Source of the DNA: Ruditapes philippinarum
Taxonomy: Eukaryota
Length of the DNA: 64,000 nt
Direction of reading: 5' to 3'
Assembly: GCF_026571515.1 (NCBI RefSeq)
Contig: NW_026856458.1
Coordinates: 62,001 to 126,000 of the forward strand
Of the stretch, positions 1 to 13,392 are shown piece by piece (position 1 is the first letter of the stretch; each line of letters opens with the position of its first letter). Below the pieces are notes generated by a model. That model was not told the DNA's origin. It worked only from the letters and a program-made list of their open reading frames with translations, and ran no database searches. The position numbers and the translations under genes were made by a program.

Positions 1-1149
1 TAAGTCAGATTACCTTAATCTTGGCCGATTTTTCTCTGATAGTTCTTATCCTATTACATTTTCCACTCAGTTACAACAATCATTACATAGCAGGAATAAT
101 TGGAAACGATAAGCGTGAAACGATTGCCAGACTCAATCATTTATATGTGCACGAGCTTATTATAAATCTGTCTGATAAGACAATACTTTTTGTAAATGAG
201 GAAAGTACGAAAGTGTTAAATAAACCAATAACATTGCTAATAATCGGACACACAATATTAAGTCTTGCATAACCTTTCGAATTCTCAAAACGAAAAAAAA
301 CGATGAATAAATCTTTCTTCTTAAATGAAAGAAGTCTACCTCAATAAACGTAGATGTAAAACACCTTAAGATACTAGTACACTTGGACTTTCTCACAAAT
401 TATCACAATGTTCTTTATAGGTCCAACATAAAGTTATAGTTTAATCTTCATTTTGAGAAATGTAAGTAAGCGTATTTTTTATAGTTGCTCTGAGTGCATC
501 CAAAAACGAATAGTCTTTCAGAGAAATAGCGAGAGAAAAGATAAAGCTTTTATCTCTCATAAAAATAATATTGTTTAAAGTGACACATTTAGAAACACTT
601 GTATTTAATCAATTGTATTTTGTAAATTCTTATAATGCATGGAAAGTTTATAAAGAATAAGTTCCGTAGAAGTATATATATAACTGAAATTAAAAGAAGA
701 AATTGCGAAGGTATAACATTTTAGATATAAATTCCTCCTTAATAAATCTGAAAAGGAATACAAAAACCCTCACAAAACGAAACAAAACAATACACCATCA
801 AATGTCAGTTTTGGAATACATCCTATATACATGTTGTATTATAATCAAACCGTCAAATCTGAAGATGATAAATGAATGAGTTTATTGTTGATACACAACA
901 CACTTAAAATATATGTTATTGAGGAATACCTGTTTTCATTTCTGGGTAGAAAAATGGATTACTGGTTTTAAGTGTTGATTTTAAGTATAATTAGTATTCC
1001 ATCTAATATATTTGATGTGTTTCATTGTTATTTATCAATTTTGTAACAACTGGTAGGCATTTCAGGTACATATACTTGCTTTGAAATCATTTCTGCAAGG
1101 GATTGTATATTAACATGTAGGAAATAAGTATATTTAGTGCTTAAGTGGA

Positions 1150-1310
1150 TAACAAAAATCATATATCCGCAAGTGACCACTTATTAATATCTCAATGGGT
1201 TCTAAATCAGAGGTGAATGACAAATGACCATTAAACTCAACGTCAAGGAGAATCGAACTAGCAGTACGTGCATTAAAAATCTAAATATCTCGATAAGCTC
1301 ATGTTAACTT
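1150..1310 (-). mobile_element. Degraded tRNA-derived SINE
   Basis: Minus strand has B-box-like CTAGTTCGATTCTCC followed by a body ending GTCACTTGCGGA. Copies at 9120, 17520, 20730 and 43820. Confidence 0.65.
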
Positions 1311-1394
1311 TTTTCATACAATTGGATATTACTAAAAGATAAGTAACTTATACGAATACGGATAATTTCTCTCTCCAAAATATACCAAGGCAAT

Positions 1395-1560
1395 TAATGC
1401 CAATACAACAGTCTGAATGATTATTCTATCGGAAGAACAAAAAACATTCTCTTTATTTGTATTATTTATTGAGCCTTTTTATATAAGTAGATCTATCGTC
1501 TGAAAGAATTCCTATAAAAGTCGCAATTAAATAAAAAACACTTTCCATCAAGTGGCCAGG
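1395..1560 (+). promoter_or_regulatory. Candidate Pol II core promoter P1a
   Basis: GCCAAT at ~1399, TATAAAAG at 1513-1520 and Inr-like CACTTTCCATCA ~27-33 nt downstream. The block is conserved in five paralogous copies. Confidence 0.5.
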
Positions 1561-4500
1561 CCTATTTGTCGCAGGAATCCAATTGCTCTCATTTGAGGAA
1601 CGTATTTCAATAAAGAGCACTTCTTGAATAGAGCTCTGTTCACGTTTAATGGTAAGTCTTTAACATACGCACCGATAATAAGTTACGGAATTAACTTCAT
1701 TGAAGCAGATATTGGCTTTCAATATGAATTATGAAAATAATAAATTTCTCTTTTATTAAATTCATATTGCTATAAACGAAATGCAGTAGCTTAATTAAAA
1801 CGAAAACCTACATAATTGTTACTGACAAACCATCCGCACATTAGATTAGGAATATATTTAGATAAAATTACAACAACTGCGGTTGAGTGTTGTTATTCTC
1901 AACACAATATTAAGATTTTTAAACATTAAAAATGAAAGCCAGCGTTCTTGTAACTATGTACCAAACGTTGTATGTGGTATACGTGTAATGCATCAAGGCA
2001 ATATCCCCAACGATTATAAGTTATTCAAGATCCAGGCCTTAATCCGATGTTTTGTACACAACTACGATAATTTCTATTTTTAATGGCTGCGTTGTCTTGT
2101 TATATATGTCAATTAAGATAACATAATAATCATATGATCATAAACAGTTTGTTCCTTGTTCTTCGCAAAGATAAAGGCCATAACAGGTAGACACTCGAAA
2201 GCATAACAACAAATGTGAGTACATATTGCAGAGAACGACCAATAGTCTGTTCAAGGGTGATAATCCAACATCTCTCTCGATCCTACACCAGCAGTATTGT
2301 GTTATCAAAATAAGTGCTGCTGCAGTGAACAAAAGCGTCTGTCAGATGATAAGATACAAAACTACGCCTAGCATATAATGCCCGAGTGAATTTACAAAAT
2401 CAGTTGATCTATCAAGACATATACATCGGGTATGTTTAATGACTTATCGACAGACGATACTCAAATCATAATTTAGAAATGAATTTTGAAAAAAAAAACT
2501 AAACATTTAAATAACTGGATATACAACTATGACATTGATAACAGTCTTGTTGATTTCATATAATAGTTATTCACGATGACAATTTAAAGTTTTTTTTAAT
2601 ATTTTGTATTAAAAGTGTTTGTTCTTAATTCATTCCTACTGTCGGAAATAAACTGCTTTATATGTTATCAGTTCCATCTCTTTGTTACAGATTTCCTCTT
2701 TAAAAAGTGTTTGTTTTTTTTATTCCTTCGAGATTCCTATAGTTGGTAAGATATGTTGTTATATAAAATTCTTATTGCCACATCTTTTTGGTACGGGTTT
2801 CCTCTCATACAATCTTGATATTTATTTCATTACAACTTGAGTTATATCCCAAAGGGATTAATTAAATTGTAATATTGCAAGTCCTGATGTAGACAGGGAT
2901 ATTATTCCAAAGTAATGATTCTAGATGGAATGAGCGTTATATAAATCCCTTGCGAACTTTTATCATATTTTCATGTACTAACCCTTCTGACAAAGGTAAT
3001 CATAAAAAGCTTGGAACTGAAAGATTCGGACACAACAAGTGACAGTTTTGTCATGTAAATATTCCAGTACGTGACGTCAATGTTAATTCCAAGATTACTC
3101 TTTACAATATGACAGTGCAAATGTATTACCATCTACGACATGTATATATATATATATATATATTTTCTAAATTGAATTAAGTCATCAAAAGGTTTTTTTT
3201 TCATTTTTTATTATCTAATTATAGAGCTCGATCGAGTAAGTTATGTATAAATAATTAAAGCTTTTTGCGCCAAACCTCACCACAAATTGTTTTTCTAATG
3301 GAAGAAAGTCCTTTTTAAGGTTATGCCCACATGTACATGAACACGGCAGATAACGGAAGAAAAGCAATAAATATAATTTATATTTACTTTACATGATGTC
3401 AGAATATATAACGTCATTTTGTATATGTAATGCTTTATACAATTATAAATTGATAATATGTGTATTTTTTTAAACTAAGCATTTAGTGATTGCGTTATCG
3501 GATAATCTCTTTTGATTTGATGTAATCGCACATGTTCAGTAATTTACACAGCCAGATATAAATGTAATACTGTTTTCAGCTAAACGTGATACAAATTTAC
3601 ACCAGGCCATGATTTATCGCTTAACAATATCTCGTCGCGTAAATTCAGTTAAATTTATTTAATTATTTTTTTCAAAACATACTTTTCAATAATTTTGCAA
3701 TCCTACTCAAAGTTAAACGATGTTTTCACATTACCGAAGTCCTATTCATTTTCAAAGACATTAAAAAAACACTCCAGAGGTTGCTACGATCATTTTTATG
3801 AAATTTTAAGCCCAATAGAAGTATAATACCTTGTCCATTAGATTTAACTTTAATCAGATTGCCTTAATCGTGGTCCATCCTTGGCTAAAAACACTTTTTA
3901 TTCATTGCTGTTTGATTTCAGCAATCAATAAAGGAATATATGCTTCGAAAATTAAAAAAATAATTTCACATTTAAGAAGGGCAAACTATAGTTTAAAAAC
4001 CTTTAAATCATGGATCAAGAGCATGTTAGACGGTTATCAACTGAAAGAAATAGCGCTGAATGTCATGAAATTTGCAAACTGAAAACAAAAAAGTATTTTG
4101 AATCAATTCAAAACACTAAATCACAGTAAATGTTACTGTGCCAAAAGGCAACACAGCCAAATATGGTTCAAATGACCGATCCGTTTCCTTTTAAAAATAA
4201 AAGCAGGACTTCAAAAATAAAAGCTTTTCATAACAAATTAATGCATTTCTGGGGCATGATGGGCCTTTAAAAAGCAAGAATAATTTAAACCGATAAACGT
4301 GAAATGTTTACAAGACTAAACCAGTTATAAGTACACGAGCTTATTACAAGTCTGTCAGATAAGAAAATATGTTGTTTTTTGCAGATGAGGAAATTAAAAA
4401 GTGCTTAATATTGGTAACCACCAATGTATTGTAAATAATAAGACACCAAACTTTAGCATTGCATATAATCTTTAGAAATCACATCAAACTGTTACGAATT

Positions 4501-4831
4501 ATAGCCCTGACAGTAACTGTTCTTTTTTTTCTTTGTCTTCCATTTTATGCGTTCGGTCTTTTACAATCATTCAATAACAGAAATTGGCACCGACTAGCTT
4601 GAAATGTTTATCAGAAATAAATCAGCTATATGTACACCAGATTATTATAAGTATGTCTGATAAAACAAGACCGTTTGTAAATAAGGAAGGTTAAAATGTT
4701 TTAACATACAATAAACTAGGAAAAATGCCGGTTATACAAATAAGACAGATACAATTCTAGCATAGCGTAACCTTTTTTATATTAATAAGAGTTTGATTTC
4801 GTGAAATAGTCTAAAAATAGAAGAAACCAGT

Positions 4832-5017
4832 TCCTAAAGAAAGCCAAACATGGAAAAACATAAATTTCCATCAGGCCCGCTTTAATTGAGCCTTTCATGG
4901 ACGACAGTGCAAGCTACTGTCAATGCCCTTAGCAGAATTCAACATCTAAACATGAACGTGATGTAATTTATTTGAATGTAGAAACATACGCAGATGAGTT
5001 CATACGGTGGTTGTCAT
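4832..5017 (+). repeat. Multi-hairpin dispersed element, orientation A
   Basis: CAGGCCCGCTTTAATTGAGCCTTTCATGGACG...AGCAGAATTCAACAT...GAAACATACGCAGATGAG; reverse complement of the family seen at 40150-40355. Confidence 0.8.
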
Positions 5018-5744
5018 AAAGTCACGTCTAAATAAGATAAATTCACGTATTAAAATAACTTCATCTGCATTTTTATTATGAGGTGATATATAATATTTTA
5101 AATCATAATCAAATTCATTGTTCATTAATTACTGCAGATATGGATATAATATAATTATCTAATTAAAGAGACCCCCTTGTGTGACATGTTTATTATTTTA
5201 TAAGGCATATAAACTTTAATATCGATATCACAAAATGTATTGACACATTGTATGTAAACCGAGGACACTTTTATAGCCATTTTACATGTTTAATTATTAC
5301 GATGTTGTGTTCAGACAGTCGTACATTTGAAATACGAAGCAGAATGCATTGCTTAAATAAACGCTTATCACGTGCGTATGATTTTATGGCGCGTCAACAC
5401 AGAATAGGTCATATGGCACCGATACAAGATAAAATTGACTAACCTCGGGCATTACAACTGTAAAAGCAACACCAGGGGTCAAAACCACCTCACTTGCTGG
5501 AGCAAAAGAGATGCCTTGACCACTAACGCTTACCCTGCATGGATAAACGGTGGCTGCAATTATTATGCCTCAACCATTTAAGGCAACCTTCGCCAATACG
5601 TAAAATATGGAATTTAGAAAGTGTAAATATATTTATATACATGTTCATATCATATATTGATTCTTTATACAAATGGATATCACTTGAAACACATACTAAG
5701 CAACTTACACTGAATATTACCTTCTCCTAAAAAAAATCCCAGCA

Positions 5745-5905
5745 TATTGTTGACAATACAACAGTCTGAATGATTACACTATCGCAAAAAGCATTCTGTA
5801 TTTCTTGTTCTTGATTGAACCTCTTCTATGTAAGTAGATAAAACGTTTAAAAGAATTCCTATAAAAGACTCAATAGAAAAACACTTTCCATCAAGTGACC
5901 AGGCT
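5745..5905 (+). promoter_or_regulatory. Candidate Pol II core promoter P2a
   Basis: CAATACAACAGTCTGAATGATT, TATAAAAG at 5860-5867, AAAACACTTTCCATCAAGTG; older paralog of P1. Confidence 0.5.
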
Positions 5906-6709
5906 ATTTTGCGCTGGAAATAAATTCCTCTTCTTTTAGAGACGTTAATCAAGAACAATCCTTGAATATATCTTAGTTCACATCTCTTGATGTAAATAAG
6001 TGAGTTGTCGACAAGTTATATAGCAAAGGAATTTACAATTGAATTCCAATATGAATGAACATATTGTGTGTTCTAATTTGCAAATAAAACCAATAATCCA
6101 AGTGACCGATAGAAAATTTTATACAAAGACATCAGGATGTACCTATAGTGTTTATTAAAGTGTGGAGCCTTTAATATTTGAGGCAGATCTTATTTTTTAT
6201 ACTAACCATTTCTTATTATCATCATTTAATCAAAGACCATTATAACAGTCAATCTTTTGAAATATGAAACTATCTAAGCTTATTTTGACAACTTAAAATG
6301 GGCCTTACATCTACGGCATTTAAAATTACTGTTTTTATTAAAACAGTTTAAGATAACCAGTGGCTTTCATAAAACACGTAACATATTATAGTGATCAACT
6401 ATCCACAACTTAAGATAGAGCACATATTCAATTAGAAAGGCGATACTTGCGTTAATTGTTTTATTATCTGAACGAAAGAACACAATTGGATAGAGGGATC
6501 TCAACAAATACTCAAAGGTTTTGACCATTAAATATATATTCCGGCGTTTTTGTTTGCAAATGGTAACTCTCAATTTGATATACATGTAATTTCTAAGTAA
6601 AAACTAAACTAACCGTTTATAAACTATGAGCAATAAAATTTGTTTAACGACCGAATCATGGGTTCAACAATAATCTGAATGTACATAGAATGTAAATCGA
6701 TGTAAGCGT

Positions 6710-6845
6710 AAATGTTGAATTATGCCAAAGCAGTTACCAGGGGACGGCAACTTTCACTTACCTGTACTGTCCACGAACAGGCTCAATCAAACCTAGTCTG
6801 CAACATGTCCAATTTTTATATTTTGGACGTTCTTTAGGGATTCTG
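6710..6845 (-). repeat. Multi-hairpin dispersed element, orientation B
   Basis: AAATGTTGAATT...GGACGGCA...TACTGTCC...CAGGCTCAATCAAACCTAGTCTGCAACAT...TTCTTTAGGGATTCTG. Absent from the paralogous position in unit 2 (~18740). Confidence 0.8.
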
Positions 6846-7599
6846 TTTCCCCTTATTTGATATGTACAACTGTAACACTAACACCAACGTAATTCATTTT
6901 GCTGAATAGGCACCCGATATGATATAATTGTAAAATGCAGTTTTATATCGTCTTATTCATTTGTATAATTATTATTTAAGTTCATCATATGGTTCCTTAG
7001 TTTGAAAGATATTGTTATAACAGTTCCCAGTTCCACATCTCTATGACACGGTTTTCCTCTTAAGCTTTAACAATTCGATTGATATCAACTTTTATGCAAC
7101 TTAAATGATATTGTCGTGAGACTGATCAAACAGTCGTTAATACAAGTTTTGATGAGTACAAAGACATAATGCTAGATAAAGTGAGTCTTATATGATTCCC
7201 TTGTGAACTTTTATAATATCCAACTATAATAATCATTATGACAAAGGTCAATATAAAGGCAAGAAAATGAAAGTTGCCGATACCAGAACTGACATTTTTG
7301 TCATATATATATTTCAATACATGACGTTAATACTAATTTACAGATTACAGCATACAATATGCCACAAGAAATTTATAGCAAACTAAATTAAATAAGGTCA
7401 CCGAATAGTGTTTTATTTTTCAGAAAATAAAATATTGTATTATTTGAAATGAGACTTGGAAAAGCAAATTTTGTTCAGTTAGAGTTGTGAAAGCGTTTGT
7501 AGTTTGCTTTTAAGGAGATTTACTTTAATAAGCACATAGTGCTTCCGTCAAAATCCATTGCGTGTATTATGTTCGTATGGTTGTTTAAAAATCTAGAAA

Positions 7600-7672
7600 C
7601 AAAGTGATCCCTCGGAAGCATTAATCACAACAAAATTACAAGAGAATTGCAGACTCGGTTTGATTGAGTCTG
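7600..7672 (+). repeat. Variant fragment of the multi-hairpin element
   Basis: AAAGTGATCCCTCGGAAGCA...TGCAGACTCGGTTTGATTGAGTCTG; closely matches 42770-42840. Confidence 0.75.
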
Positions 7673-9119
7673 TATGTATAATTACAATATATGCAATAAA
7701 ATATGTTTAAACCAAAGCTTTTTGCAAGACATTCCCAATTTCTTTTCTAATTGAAACATTTATCTAAATATCATATGCGATATGGTTGATATAACTCAAG
7801 TTAAGCCTATTATATTTAATAAGTCATGGTAAAAATGAATGATAAAATTTGTTATAACGAATGATTCAAACAGGATTTAGAATGCGTAATTCTGAATAAT
7901 ATCTTTAAATTTTCATATAATTTGAAGTGCACAATAACAGTGCATGATTTTTACAATTTTTGTCAAACAAACTTTTTTTTTCTTTGGTGATATATTTAAT
8001 ATGTTGTTTTAACTGAATTTGTCACGAATGCTTACAATCAATGAAAAAAAATGTTTAATTGTAGATTTCCAAACAAGCGTGAAACATTTAATTACAGTTT
8101 ATTGTACTCTTAACTCAATAGGATATCTATTACATTGTTCATAAGATCTGAACTTAAGTCAGATTGCCTTAATCATGGAGAGTTCTTATCCTTGTCTATA
8201 ACATTCTCCATTCAGTTTCAACAATCATTAAATAGCAGGAATAATTGGAAAAGGTAAGCGTGAAACGTTTGCCAGACTCAATCATTTATATATACACGAG
8301 CTTCATATAAGTGTGTCTAATAAGACAATACTTTTTGCAAATTAGAAAAGTACAAAAGTGTTAAATAAACCAATGGAATTGCTAATAATAAGACACACAA
8401 TCTTGATTGGAAATCTCAACACGAAAGTAACAATGGATAAATCTTTCTTTGCACATGAAAGGAATCTACCTGAATAAACGTAAATGAAAATAAAAATAGT
8501 ATATTTGTAAATACATTGACGGTCTTTCAAACTATCATAATGTTCTTTCTAGGTCCAATATAAAGTTATGTTTTCATTTTCCTAATGAGAAATTAAGTAT
8601 TTGTCTCTCCTATGGGTGCTCTGGGTACATTCAAAAACGTGTAGTTTTTTCCAGACAAATAGCGATAGAAACGAATAAGCTTTTATCTCTCATAAATAAT
8701 AAATATTGTTTAAAGGGTTACCAAATGTCAAGTTAAGAAACTCTTGTAATATCAAATCTGTAGAATTCTTACAATGTCAACTTATACATTGGATTTCAAT
8801 TATAAGAACAAATTGTAACGAAATTACATTTGAGATATTTATCCCTACATAATAACTCTGAACAGCAATTATCCCCCTACCCCCAAAAAAAAAAAACAAT
8901 ACAAATTGAAATGACAGTTTCGGAAGAGTTCCCTTTAAATTTTGTATTTTACTCAAACCGTTTAATCTGTAAATGGTAAATGAATGAGTATTCTGTCTAA
9001 TGTGTTTTAATTTTGTAACAAATGGTATTGTATGTCAGGGAAATGATTCCTGCAATAGATGGTATTACAGGAGATCTAGGAGATACGCATATATAAAACA
9101 GCTTCAGAGGATTACAAAT

Positions 9120-9280
9120 TCGTATATCCGCAAGCCACCGCTTGTTAATATCTTATGGGTTTTGAATCAGAGGTGAATGACAAATGGTCTTTAAACTCAA
9201 CGTCTGAAATAGAAAGTCAAGGAGAATCGAACTAGCAGCTCCTGCATTTAAATCTGAATCGCTCACTAAGCTTATGTTAA
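9120..9280 (-). mobile_element. Degraded tRNA-derived SINE (unit 2 copy)
   Basis: Same position in the unit as 1150-1310; GGAGAATCGAACTAG is the reverse-strand B-box. Confidence 0.65.
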
Positions 9281-9397
9281 CTTTCTTAACTTTCGTTATG
9301 CAATTGGTTATTACTTTGTAATAAGTCTCATAGGTAAGTAACCTATACGAATACGGGTTATTTCTCTCTCCTAAAAATTACCAAGATAGACAATTAT

Positions 9398-9545
9398 TTC
9401 CAATACAACAGTCTGAATGATTACTCTACCTTAGTTTTTTATTCTTAATGGAACATTTCTTTGTAAGTAAATATATCGTTTAAAAGAAAATTCCTATAAA
9501 AGACGTAATATAAAAAAAAACACTTTCCATCAAGTGGCCAGGCCA
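9398..9545 (+). promoter_or_regulatory. Candidate Pol II core promoter P1b
   Basis: CCAATACAACAGTCTGAATGATT; TATAAAAG at 9495-9502; CACTTTCCATCAAGTGG. Confidence 0.5.
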
Positions 9546-12239
9546 ATTTGTCGCAGGAATCAAATTGCTCTTCTTTTTGGGAACGCATTTCAATCAAGAA
9601 CACTCTTGAATAGTGCTTTGTTTACATGTAATGCTGCGTCTTTAACATATGCATCAATAACAGGTTACGAACTTAACTTCATTGAAGCAGAGATTGGATT
9701 TCGATATGAATACTGAAATGAATAAATTACTCTTTTATAACTTTATTATTGCTATAAACGATATGCAGTGGCTTAATTAAAGCAACCACCTTCAAATTTT
9801 TTACTGACAAACCATAAGGAATATATTCAGGAGGAATGGAAACAACTTTGGTTGAGTGGTGTTATTTCTTAACAAATAATCAAACGAAGAATTTTAATCA
9901 TTAAAAATGACAGCCAGCGTTCTTGTAAATGTGTATTTAAGCATACAAGCAAAGATTGTATAAGTCATTCAATATTAAAACCTTGATCCGATGTATTGAA
10001 GACAACTAGGATAACTTTTAATTTTTTTAATTGTTGCGTTGTCTTTTTATATATGTCAATTAAGATAAAATTATCATTACAGAATCATAAACAGTTTGTT
10101 CCGTGTGCTTTGCGAAGATTAAAGTCATAACAAGTAGACACTCGAAAGAAATAACAACGAATGTCCGTAAACATTGCAGAGTTTGAGCTAGTCTGTTCAT
10201 GGGAGGTAATTCAACATATCTCTCGATCCTTCACCGGCAGTATTTTGCTCTCAATATAAACCTGGTTGCAGTAAAACACAAGCGTATGTAAAATGATCAG
10301 ATGAAAAACTAAGTCTATCATATCATCCATGAATGATTTTACAAAATCAGCTGATCTATCAAGACATGTAAATAGGAGATGTTTAATGACTTGCCAATAA
10401 GTTAAAGGTCATAAGTATGGACGGACCATATTCAAATCATAATTAAGAGAATGATTTTAAACTACCTTAACATTTAAATAACTGGATGTACAAACGTGCA
10501 TTTCCATGGATATAACAACAAATTTATGTATGACATAGCGGCATAATTTTCAATCTTCTGGTTGAACTGAATAAGTTTTTTTTTATTTCAAAATATTGAC
10601 TATTATAATGTCCATTTAACAATTATTGATAATGACAACAGAAAGAAATAAAACTGTCTAAAATATAATGGGATTCCTTTTATTATGCTAATTCCTGAGG
10701 CTATTAATGTAATTTTTTGGGGTTATGTGGGTTTTTAGTTTTCCGTATTAAAATATCAACATTACTACCCCAATTTACAATGAGATATGCATAATACCAC
10801 TTTAATAAATACAAGTTTTATTTATTTGATATCCATTTAATTCAAATATACATAATGCTTAATATATGTAGTTTTGTTTTGAATTACACTAAAACTGTCA
10901 ACAGTGACGTTGAACATTGACGTCAAAGGAATGGAGAAGACACTAACTGTTTTTAAACCGCTTAAAATGAACAAGAAATTATTTACAAAGCGTATTGGTA
11001 GAACGTGATAAAGGCTTATCTAATCAATCGACAATATGTACAACTATGACATTGAAAACAGGGTTACTTATTGACTTCATGTAATAGTAATTCAAGATGT
11101 ACAACATTAAATTTTATTTATATTTTTGATTTAAAGTGTTTGCTTTTAATAATTTCAACATTCCTACAGTCGGAAATAAACTGCTTTATATGTCAGTTCA
11201 ATCTTCATGTTGCAGGTTTCCTCTTTGATATGTTTGTTCATTATTATTCCTTCACATGTTCAAGATTCTATATTTGGAAATATATGTTGTTATATAATAT
11301 TAATAGTTCCACATCTCTATGGTACGGGTTTCCTCTTTTACGAGATGATTGATAATTATTTCCTAACAACTTGAATTCTATCCTAAAGGGATTAATCAAA
11401 TTGTCATATTACAAGTCTTGATGTGGACAGGGATATTATTTCAAAGTCATGATGCTAGATGGAATGAGCGTTATATAAATCCCAGACGAACTTTTATCAT
11501 ATTTTTATATACTAACCCTTCTGACAAAGGTCATCATAAAAGGCTTGGAACTGATAGTTTCCGACACAACAAGTGACAGTTTTGTCATGTATATATTCCA
11601 ATACATGACGTCAATGGTAATTCAAACATACATACAGTATGGTAGTACAAATTTATAACCGCATTCTACATGTATATATATTTTTCTAAATTGAATTAAG
11701 TCGCCGAAAGGTTTATCTTTCAGTTGGTTTTGATTATCTAATAATGGATCTCGATTGAGTTAGAGTTGTAAATATATTAAAGAGCTGTATATATAATAAA
11801 AGCTTTTTGAGCCAAACTTTCCCACATATTTTTTTTTCTTTTGGACAAAAGTATTATGGCATGTTTCTATTTTGTTAAAGGCTAATGCTAACGTCACATG
11901 GACTTGAAAACGGCAGATAACGGAAGAAAAAAAAGGATTTATATTAACTTTGCATGATCTAAGAATACACTGCCGTTTTTTTGTATTTGTAAAGCTGTAC
12001 ACGATTATTAATGGGTAACATATGCATTTTTAATTATGCATGTAGTGATTGCGCTATCGGATAATCTCTTTTGAGTCGAAGTAAAATACACATGTACAGT
12101 AATTTACAATCCTAGATATAAATGCTATGATTTTATTTTCCAACTGAACCTGAAACATGATTAGAACAGACAATGATTTCTCGATTAACAATATCGCAAT
12201 ATCGCTTTGCATAAATTCAGTTAATTTATCTAACCTTAT

Positions 12240-13392
12240 TTTTTATACCCCTGCACAACAAAGTTGTAAGGGGGGGGGGGGTATACTGGAATCAACTTGT
12301 CCGTCCGTCCGGCCGGCCGTCCGTCGGTTTTTTCTTGTCCGCCCAATAACTTAAGATTCCTTTGACCCTTAGTCTTCACATTTGGCATGGATGTTAGTCA
12401 TGATTGGTAGATGACCCCTATTGATTTTGAGGTCACTAGGTCAAAGGTCAAGGTCACAGGGGCCTTTACTTCAAAAAGCTTGTCCGCCCAATAACGTAAG
12501 ATTCCTTTGACCTACAGTCGTCATATTTGGCATGGAGGTTAGTCATGATAAGTAAATGACCCCTATTGATTTTGAGGTCACTAAGTCAAAGGTCAAGGTC
12601 ACAGGGGCCTTGACTTCAAAAAGTTTGTCCGCCCAATGACTTAAGATTACTTTGACCCACAGTCTTCATATTTGGCATGGAGGTAAGTCATGATTAGTAG
12701 ATGACCCCTTATAATTTTGAGGTCACCAGGTCAAAGGTCAAAGTCACAGGGGCCTTAACTTCAAAAAACTTGTCCGCCCTATAACTTAACATTCCTTTGA
12801 CCCACAGTCTTCATATTTGGCATGGAGGTTAGTCATGATTAGTAGATGACCCCTATTGATTTTGAGGTCACCAGGTAAAAGCTCAAGGTCACAGGGACTT
12901 TGACTTCAAAAAGTTTGTCTGTCCAATAACTTTAGATTCCTTTGACCCTAGGTCTTCATATTTGGCATGGATAAGCAGATGACCCCTTTTGATTTTGAGG
13001 TCACTGGATCAAAGGTCAAGTTCAAAGGGACTTTGACTTCAAAGAGTTTGTCCACCCATTAACTTAAGATTACTTGGACCCACAGTCTTCATATTTGGCA
13101 TGGTTGTTGATCATGACTATAAGGTGACCCCTATCGATTCTCCATGGGTCAAAGGTCACAGGGACCTTGACAAAAAAGCTTATCTTCTTAATTGCTAAAT
13201 AATGTCCTGTCTGCAATATATTGATTTTGACATTTTCACATTTGAAGCATGTAGAGTACATAACTTAGCAATGCATTGGCTTAGTAACCTCAGATTTAGC
13301 AGGGAGGTTGTCCTTGAGTTCTAAATGGCCTCTGTTGATTCTGACAAAGTGGTATGCGGGGATATTCATGCCATGATAGTGGCAGTTCTAGT
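12240..13392 (+). mobile_element. Helentron-associated non-autonomous element (HINE) with internal 145-bp tandem array
   Basis: Starts TTTTTATACCCCTGC, then a (CCGT)n microsatellite and ~6 repeats starting 12336, 12481, 12626, 12771, 12916, 13049. 3' end has subterminal GCGGGGATA, the palindrome TGCCATGATAGTGGCA and terminal CTAGTT. Inserted in a T-run; empty site at ~3670 in unit 1. Confidence 0.85.

Larger units (their letters stand above)
1..8154. repeat. Large tandem segmental unit 1 (array probably continues left of the window)
   Basis: TAAGTCAGATT(A/G)CCTTA and the following modules recur colinearly at 8155 and 19805. This unit lacks the segment equivalent to ~15310-17690. Confidence 0.9.

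Noticed and set aside
12336-13170. CRISPR-like array
   Set aside because: Contiguous 145-bp monomers without unique spacers, inside a HINE, in eukaryotic DNA.
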